Assembly (NCBI GenBank): GCA_049303575.1
Contig: JBAQNH010000002.1
Coordinates: forward strand, 636,541 to 700,540
Direction of reading: 5' to 3'
Origin: Microgenomates group bacterium
Lineage (GTDB): Bacteria; Patescibacteriota; Microgenomatia; UBA1400; MFAQ01
DNA: 64,000 nt
Part shown: one piece after another, positions 57,928 to 64,000 of the stretch
How the letters are laid out: each line of letters starts with the position of its first letter
Numbering within the stretch: the first letter of the stretch is position 1
Position numbers and translations under genes: made by a program
The notes under the pieces: model-generated
Seen by the model: the letters and a program-made list of their open reading frames with translations, nothing else
The model's database searches: none
What the model was told of the DNA's origin: nothing

Positions 57928-58159
57928 CCTGTTCGGCTCTTTGCGTCTCTCGTAGGGATCTCTTGCAGGTTGTACAAACTTTAATTTTTACCTTTGTTCC
58001 TTCAATTACCAAGTGGTGAACATGAAGATTGGGTTTTCTCACCTGCTTGATTCTGCGTTTGGAAAAACTGACCAAGTTGGCATGTTGTACACCCTTACCG
58101 CAAATAGCACACTGAAGTCTTCCTTTTTCCGGCTGTTTTACTGTTTGTTTCATGGGCAC
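57899..58159 (-). CDS. rpmB: ribosomal protein L28
   Basis: CAICGKGVQHANLVSFSKRRIKQVRKPNLH matches the L28 core. Confidence 0.7.
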   Translation of the reverse strand: MPMKQTVKQPEKGRLQCAICGKGVQHANLVSFSKRRIKQVRKPNLHVHHLVIEGTKVKIKVCTTCKRSLRETQRAEQVAAAKADAK

Positions 58160-58205
58160 AATTTTAACATATTTTTCTTCCTCAGGTATACTAGAATAGT
58201 TCCTA

Positions 58206-58831
58206 TGCTATTTACCCTAATCGGAATCCTTCTATCTCTTGTCTATCTTATCCTCGCCATTGCCATCCACGAGTTTTCTCATGCCTTCGCCGCCGACCGT
58301 CTGGGTGATCCCACGGCCAGAGCCGCCGGCAGACTAACTCTCAATCCCTTTGCTCACATTGATCTCGTTGGCACCGTCGCCCTCCCTTTGTCTCTCATGC
58401 TTCTTTCCGGGGGTAGTTTTGCTTTTGGCTGGGGCAAGCCAACACCTTTTGACCCCTACAATCTCCAAAAACCCCGTCGTGATGCCGGTATAATCTCCAT
58501 CGCCGGACCAACAAGTAATCTACTTTTGGCCTCGGTTATAGCCCTAATTGTTCATTTTCTTCCCTACACCTTTGGAGTTTTCTTGGTGCCTTTCGTGGTC
58601 GTAAATATTAGTTTGGCCGTCTTTAACCTCATCCCTGTCGGGCCTCTGGATGGCCAAAAAATTGTCTTTGCTTTACTCCCAAGGAGTCTAGCCTATGAGT
58701 ATCAGGTAATTATGAATCGCTACGGCACTCTCCTTCTCATTTTTCTCATCTTCCCCTTTTTTGGTAGTTCTCCGGTAATGGCCATTCTGGAACCAATAAT
58801 CCGCTTCCTCACCCATCTTCTCCTACCTTAA
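58206..58831 (+). CDS. M50-family (site-2-protease-like) membrane metallopeptidase; start taken at MLFTL
   Basis: HEFSHAFAADRLGD HExxH in a TM helix. Confidence 0.7.
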
Positions 58832-58882
58832 TTAGACCAAGAGAGGAGCTGAGCAGTTTTGATTAGAAAAGCTGTTTTTTGC

Positions 58883-59521
58883 TTAGAGAGCTCGTTTCCT
58901 GGAAATAAAGCTAAAGACTCCTACGATAAGAAGCAGCGCTCCAAACCCAAACAAGGCAATCTTTAGAACCGTAGACAAAGCTCCCCCAATTCCCTGTCCG
59001 ACCGTGGCTTCCGGAGTTACTTTTGCCCCAGTTGTCTTTGTCGGAGTAGCTTTTATGGCCTTTTCGGGTGTTGGTGTTGGAGCAATCGTCACACTAGCGT
59101 CTTGTTTTACCTCACCGGTCGCAAAATTGATTGCTTGCACCACCCCCGAAAGCAAAATACTGTCTGACGGTTTGCTTCCGTAACCATCGGACTCTGCCGT
59201 AACAAAAAGGCTGGTGAATTTAGTGTCGGTACCTGTTGCCAACTTTCCATTGACAATTTCACCAATTCTTCTGGTTTTACCCGTTTCTCCGGTAGACCAA
59301 ACAACATAACGATTTTGTTCTGGAGATAAAGCTGTTTTAAGATCCCGGCAGGTAGCCAAAATCCTGTATGTTCCGTCAACAAACACGGAAGCGGCAAAAC
59401 AAGAACCACTGGTTCCGGCACCTCTCAACAAAACAATACCCTCATTTGCCATCGAAATCTTGGGAAAGACCAAAACTCCCAGTAAGGCGACAATTGACAA
59501 ACCTAAATTTAATTTCCTCAT
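58883..59521 (-). CDS. hypothetical secreted protein with C-terminal TM anchor
   Basis: signal peptide, Thr/Pro-rich linker, C-terminal hydrophobic segment plus RKRAL. Confidence 0.5.
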   Translation of the reverse strand: MRKLNLGLSIVALLGVLVFPKISMANEGIVLLRGAGTSGSCFAASVFVDGTYRILATCRDLKTALSPEQNRYVVWSTGETGKTRRIGEIVNGKLATGTDTKFTSLFVTAESDGYGSKPSDSILLSGVVQAINFATGEVKQDASVTIAPTPTPEKAIKATPTKTTGAKVTPEATVGQGIGGALSTVLKIALFGFGALLLIVGVFSFISRKRAL

Positions 59522-59544
59522 ATAAAAATATTGTACCGCAAATC

Positions 59545-61059
59545 CTACAGATTTTTCACCATATAAGTCCCCTCAATCTCGTATCCCAGCTTCCGGTAGT
59601 ACTCCCTCGTACCAATAGCCGAAATCACCGCCATTTTCTTGTACCCCTTCTTCCTCGCTATTTCCTCCGCTTTAACCATCAGTCTCTTCCCCAGTCCTCG
59701 GTGTTGTGTCTTGATACCGTCATTGATATCAATCTGAGCCACTTGACCATAAGTGTGCACTTCTCGAGTAATCGCTGCTCCCTCAAGTTCCTCGAAAAGC
59801 ATTGTCTCTGTTTTCTCGGGCAGTCTAAGGCGTAGCATCGAAAACAATTTATCTTCATGCTCGTAAGATAAAAACAGTTCTTTTCCTCCTAAACTTTCTC
59901 TTTCGTTAATCAAAAGTTCAACCTTAGTGTCATAAACACCTCCGCGTACTTCTCGACAACGAATACATTTACATTTTTTCCCCTCTTCCAAAAGCTCCGC
60001 CTGAAGAATCTGCCTCAAATTAGTTCTTGCCGTTCCGGCCGACACCCACTTTTTACTGATGTCTCGAATCAGTCTATCGATACGACACCATACTGGTGTC
60101 TGGGCTTTGATTTCTTTTAAGACCTTAATCAACTCCACCTCTTCATAGGGTAGATACTCTCCCCGTTTCCACATCTCATACATCTCCGTCCCCTTAATCG
60201 TCATTGCTGGATAAACTTTCAAGTAGTCCGGGCCAAATCGAGGATCATCAAACATCATCTTCGCCATCTCGACATCCTTTTTGGGATTACTTCCAGGCAA
60301 ATTAGGCATCAAGTGATAACAAATCTTCAGACCTGCATTGCGACACATCCTGGTCGCCTCGGCCACTTCATTAAGGTCATGTCCTCTCTTGATTTTCTTT
60401 AAAATCCCTTCGTCAAAAGACTGTACTCCCAGCTGAACTTTCGTCACTCCCAACTCTCGCCAAAGTCTTATTTCCTGTTCACTCACCCAATCGGGTCTGG
60501 TCTCTACTGAAATACCTACGATTCTTTTTTCCGCCGTTTCGTTGTATTTTTGGGCTTCGGCCAAAGTTTCACTGATCTTACCGTTGACGGCATCAAACAT
60601 ACTTTTGAAAAACTCTCGTTTATATTTTTCCGGGTAAGCTCCAAATGTTCCTCCAATAACAATCAAGTCAATCTTCTCGGTAATATGCCCGGTCTCCATC
60701 ATCTGTTTTATTCTTCCCTCCACTTGTTTGAGCGGATCAAAGTTCAAAATTTTAGCTCGCTGAGCTGCCGGTTCGTCGGACAAATATGACTTGGGCATTC
60801 CTTCCTCCAGTGGACAGTAAATACACTCTCCCGGACAGTAGAAAGGTTTCATCATTACTGCAAAAGGCGCCACCCCAGACTCAGTGCGCACTCCGCGGGT
60901 TTTCATGGCCTCAATCAGTTCCGGATCGGTCAAACTTGGCCATATTTCCGAGTTCTTGGGCATCCTTTTAAGTTCTTTCGACCAAATCCGACGATAATCC
61001 TCGATATTCTCCAGGGTTAATTTTTCGTTGTCTCTTAGGACTAAATCTTCGATTTGCAC
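59545..61059 (-). CDS. Elp3-like radical-SAM/GNAT enzyme (bacterial elongator protein 3 homolog)
   Basis: CPGECIYC radical-SAM cluster motif plus C-terminal GNAT (QHRGLGKRLM...GYEIEG). Confidence 0.8.
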   Translation of the reverse strand: MQIEDLVLRDNEKLTLENIEDYRRIWSKELKRMPKNSEIWPSLTDPELIEAMKTRGVRTESGVAPFAVMMKPFYCPGECIYCPLEEGMPKSYLSDEPAAQRAKILNFDPLKQVEGRIKQMMETGHITEKIDLIVIGGTFGAYPEKYKREFFKSMFDAVNGKISETLAEAQKYNETAEKRIVGISVETRPDWVSEQEIRLWRELGVTKVQLGVQSFDEGILKKIKRGHDLNEVAEATRMCRNAGLKICYHLMPNLPGSNPKKDVEMAKMMFDDPRFGPDYLKVYPAMTIKGTEMYEMWKRGEYLPYEEVELIKVLKEIKAQTPVWCRIDRLIRDISKKWVSAGTARTNLRQILQAELLEEGKKCKCIRCREVRGGVYDTKVELLINERESLGGKELFLSYEHEDKLFSMLRLRLPEKTETMLFEELEGAAITREVHTYGQVAQIDINDGIKTQHRGLGKRLMVKAEEIARKKGYKKMAVISAIGTREYYRKLGYEIEGTYMVKNL

Positions 61060-61093
61060 ACCCCTATTTTACTCCCCTGCTAAAATATCCCTA

Positions 61094-61726
61094 ATGCCTC
61101 AAGAAGATATCACCACTTCCGTTAAAAATATCTACGACAATATCGGCAAGGAGTTCTCGGCTTCCCGCCAGTACATTTGGCCGGACTTAAAGCCCTACCT
61201 AAAAAACGTTAAGCCCAACTCCTCTGTTCTTGACATAGGCTGTGGTAATGGCCGCCTCCTCCTTGGTCTTCCCGAAAAAATCAAGTACACGGGAATGGAT
61301 ATTAGCAAAGAACTTCTCAAAGAAGCCGAAAAGGCCCACCCTGAACAAAAATTTTACGAAACAGATATCACTAAAGAATCTCTCTGGAAACATCTACCTC
61401 AATACGACTACATTTTTTGTATCGCCGTCTTTCATCACCTTCCCACAAAAAAGGATCAACTTTTTGTTCTCAATCAAATCAAGCGTCATCTCAAACCCAA
61501 AGGTAAAATCCTCATCACCGCCTGGAATCTTTGGCAACCAAAATATCTAAAGTATCACTTTGACCTAAAAACTAAGCTCCAAAACCCCCATTTTGTCTAT
61601 ATTCCTTTCCATGGTCAACCTCGCTTCTGTTTTGCCATGACTACTCCCTACTTAAAAAGACTCCTCAAGTCGGCCAATCTAAAACTCAAGGTAAAAAAAT
61701 CCCCCCATAACTACATTCTTAGTTAA
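61094..61726 (+). CDS. class I SAM-dependent methyltransferase (start taken at MPQEDI)
   Basis: VLDIGCGNGRLL motif I. Confidence 0.7.
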   Translation: MPQEDITTSVKNIYDNIGKEFSASRQYIWPDLKPYLKNVKPNSSVLDIGCGNGRLLLGLPEKIKYTGMDISKELLKEAEKAHPEQKFYETDITKESLWKHLPQYDYIFCIAVFHHLPTKKDQLFVLNQIKRHLKPKGKILITAWNLWQPKYLKYHFDLKTKLQNPHFVYIPFHGQPRFCFAMTTPYLKRLLKSANLKLKVKKSPHNYILS

Positions 61727-61798
61727 CCGAGGATTCTTTTTCAAAAAATAACACCCCATTGCCTTGACACATCGGTACCTTTTTGCCATACTAAACTA

Positions 61799-63007
61799 AT
61801 GCCCAATGACGACCTCGGAAGCTTCCCTATGCCTCAACAAACGCCCTCCGCACCCGTAGAGCCCGTTGTCGCCGATACCTTAGTTCCACCACCATCTACT
61901 GTTGTTGCACCAATATCCAACCAAGAAGAACCACCCCATACCGAACCAATCATGCCCACGATGTTGGAAGATACTCCTCCGGCAACCCCTCCGATCATTA
62001 CTCCGGATGCTCTCCCTGAACCACAAACTCCCCCCATATCTTCTACTTTTGAGGAAACCCCCGAAGAAATTCCCTCGCAACAAACATCTTCCGTTTTGGT
62101 TGACGAGCATGAAAAACTTGCCGCTGCCAACGAAAGTATGATTGAAAAACAATCCCCTTCGATAATTTCACAACCCGTACCCCAACCTGAATCAGTTACG
62201 CCGGTCGAAACTCCACCCGTAGCCGCGCTTCCACCAAAATCTCGATCCCTAGCTCCCGTTATTATTGTCGTTCTCTTAATAGTTGCCGGTGTCGGCCTTG
62301 CTGCCGCCGCTTATCTATCCACCCAGTCAAATAAACTAAAGGAACAGCTTTCTGAAATCACTCAAACTCTTGAAAAACAAAAAACAATTCTCACTCCTAC
62401 TGTCACTCCTACCGTTTTTCAAATTCCAACTCCCACAATCGCCACCCAGGGTGCCATCATTGCCACTCCCTCAGCCACACCAACAACAATACCCATCACC
62501 AACACCAACCAAATTCTCCCGTTAGCCAACGCTGCTGCAGTACTTAAAGTGGCCATCAATCACTCACCGACCGCTCAACTAATTCTCATCAAGGTAGACA
62601 ATGCCACCGACCCTTCAACTGCTGTTACCAAGTACTTCTTCCGTGAAGACTTGACCACCAAAAAATACTTCTTTGTCTCCATTTCTAGTAACGGCATTCC
62701 CGAACTTATTGATAAACAGATTTATGTCAATCCGGACAATAATATTCCTTCTCTAAACGACGCCGTTCTGACAAATAAAATGGGTATGGATCTTGATGAA
62801 ACCTTGAAACTTACCTATGCTCAGTGCGCCAACCAGGAAGTTTGTATCGCTGCTCCCGTTAAAGCGATGTACATTAATACCGGTTCGGGCATTACTTGGC
62901 AGCTTTCTCTTTACACCAATGGTCTCTCCGCCACACCTCTCTTGATTCAAATAAACGCCGAAACAAAAGCCATCATCTATAAATCCCCCGAGTTCTCCAA
63001 TAAGTAA
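61799..63007 (+). CDS. hypothetical Pro/Thr-rich protein with one TM helix
   Basis: consensus promoter TTGACA-17-CATACT upstream; low-complexity N-terminal half. Confidence 0.5.
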   Translation: MPNDDLGSFPMPQQTPSAPVEPVVADTLVPPPSTVVAPISNQEEPPHTEPIMPTMLEDTPPATPPIITPDALPEPQTPPISSTFEETPEEIPSQQTSSVLVDEHEKLAAANESMIEKQSPSIISQPVPQPESVTPVETPPVAALPPKSRSLAPVIIVVLLIVAGVGLAAAAYLSTQSNKLKEQLSEITQTLEKQKTILTPTVTPTVFQIPTPTIATQGAIIATPSATPTTIPITNTNQILPLANAAAVLKVAINHSPTAQLILIKVDNATDPSTAVTKYFFREDLTTKKYFFVSISSNGIPELIDKQIYVNPDNNIPSLNDAVLTNKMGMDLDETLKLTYAQCANQEVCIAAPVKAMYINTGSGITWQLSLYTNGLSATPLLIQINAETKAIIYKSPEFSNK

Positions 63008-63049
63008 GTACAAAAAGCATCAGGTTCCCCTGGTGCACGTACTTCTCCA

Positions 63050-63244
63050 CTATCTCCAAGGATGACACAAATCGTAATGGATCTCTTCAGGTTTTTTTCC
63101 GGCCAAACGATGTCTTCGGTACTCATCTGGCATGAACTGAACTTCTCCCTTACGCGCCTCAATCTCCTCGTCAATCAACTGATTTAGTTTTTTCAGTTCT
63201 TCCTGAAAGATCCTTCTTTCCTCGTCACTCAATTGGTTTGTCAT
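63050..63244 (-). CDS. hypothetical small protein (start taken at MTNQL to avoid the tRNA)
   Basis: ORF only. Confidence 0.3.
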   Translation of the reverse strand: MTNQLSDEERRIFQEELKKLNQLIDEEIEARKGEVQFMPDEYRRHRLAGKKPEEIHYDLCHPWR

Positions 63245-63276
63245 TTGTCTCCTCTCGATTGATTTAAAAGTACCCA

Positions 63277-63359
63277 GTGCCAAGGACAAGATTCGAACTT
63301 GTGTAGGCTTGCGCCGCGGGTTTTACAGACCCGAGTATTTGACCACTCTACCACCTTGG
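63277..63359 (-). tRNA. tRNA-Tyr (GTA), type II
   Basis: acceptor GCCAAGG/CCTTGGC, anticodon loop CTGTAAA, long variable arm, T-loop TTCGAAT. Confidence 0.85.
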
Positions 63360-63375
63360 CATATGTTAACGAATT

Positions 63376-63451
63376 ATGGAGCCGACATTGGGGGTCGAAC
63401 CCAACACCTCGTAATTACCAATTACGTGCTCTGCCAGCTGAGCTATATCGG
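63376..63451 (-). tRNA. tRNA-Thr (GGT), CCA encoded
   Basis: acceptor GCCGATA/TGTCGGC, anticodon loop TTGGTAA, T-loop TTCGACC, 3' CCA. Confidence 0.85.
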
Positions 63452-63470
63452 CACACGAACAGAGTATATT

Positions 63471-63998
63471 TTACCTCATTAGTCCCAATTTCCCAAGTTC
63501 GTTTAATATATATGTTTTTAAATGAGTATTATTGAAGGCGACAGTCATGACACCATATTTACTGATTTTCTTATAACTTCCCTTTCCCATAGAATGAATA
63601 GGTTTCCCTGACTTAACACACCCAATATCAATTCTCAACTCATTGGACCAATATTCCTTTGCAATGTTCATATCATTATCTTTAAAAGTCTGAAGATAGA
63701 AAAATATTCTATTTATATCAACGCAATATATTGTTTTTAAAAACAATACGAATTGTATTATTACTCCAGGATCAGAGTTTGTCACCCTTACCGAATAATT
63801 TGACGCTTTATTTCCCTCTCCCCAATACAAACCCAAGGCCAAATATTTCAGCTTTATTTCATCTCTAGTCAGTCTTCTTTTAATACAAAATGGATCACCG
63901 TTAGGATTCGCCTTAATATAATTAGCTTCAGATTGTTGTCTTCGAGTAATTCCGTACTTATCCATCCAATATATAACTTTGTGTGTCTTAAAACCCAA
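63471..63998 (-). CDS. putative LAGLIDADG-type homing endonuclease (may extend beyond the window)
   Basis: KYLALGLYWGEGNKA resembles a LAGLIDADG (LAGxxxGEG) motif; AT-rich ORF abutting tRNA genes. Confidence 0.4.
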   Translation of the reverse strand: MGFKTHKVIYWMDKYGITRRQQSEANYIKANPNGDPFCIKRRLTRDEIKLKYLALGLYWGEGNKASNYSVRVTNSDPGVIIQFVLFLKTIYCVDINRIFFYLQTFKDNDMNIAKEYWSNELRIDIGCVKSGKPIHSMGKGSYKKISKYGVMTVAFNNTHLKTYILNELGKLGLMR

Positions 63999-64000
63999 TA

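Noticed and set aside
1-64000. CRISPR arrays, rRNA genes, reverse transcriptases or DGRs, transposase-bounded IS elements
   Set aside because: No regularly spaced direct-repeat array, no rRNA-like conserved blocks, and no RT or DDE motifs were seen on either strand.

Overview
This 64-kb window reads as the chromosome of a small-genome, low-GC bacterium, probably CPR/Patescibacteria-like. That assignment is an inference from gene content: a bacterial Elp3, O-antigen-ligase/TPR fusions, a short EF-Ts, lysine-rich ribosomal-protein tails, many small secreted or membrane hypotheticals, and no pyrH at its conserved position.

Most of the window is housekeeping, dense on both strands. It carries gyrA (5' partial), dnaB, dnaX-ybaB-recR, topA, ssb, rpsF-ssb-rpsR, rpsB-tsf-[X]-frr, rpmE, prfA, efp, cysS, ychF, def, fmt, rpmB and rpsU. 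It also carries ybeY, folD, tmk, a ThyX-like gene, the mreB/mreC/mreD/PBP2 cell-shape cluster, a lipoprotein-maturation cluster (lgt-like, dksA/traR, lspA, rluA), sodA, a KefB-like antiporter, rseP and ctpA. Three tRNAs are present: Leu-CAA, Tyr-GTA and Thr-GGT.

No CRISPR array, rRNA gene or reverse transcriptase is visible. Several accessory pockets stand out:
- A QueC-like PP-loop ATPase with an N-terminal extension, in an operon with an unrecognisable 345-aa protein, followed by a run of small unknowns and a GIY-YIG nuclease. This is my best candidate for an undescribed system, possibly a 7-deazaguanine or conjugation-type module.
- A roughly 1.1-kb AT-rich non-coding region beside a Xer-like recombinase. 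It carries two perfect DnaA boxes, short paired direct repeats and iteron-like TTATAGG repeats, so it may be an oriC/dif-like element or a mobile-element scar.
- An amicyanin-like cupredoxin paired with a PQQ-type beta-propeller.
- An unknown gene occupying the pyrH slot.
- A 533-aa ThyX-like protein with a large insertion and an altered RHR motif.
- Elp3 paired with a divergently transcribed methyltransferase.
- A putative LAGLIDADG endonuclease beside the tRNAs at the window edge.

All calls come from reading the translations and the DNA by eye. No database search was run.
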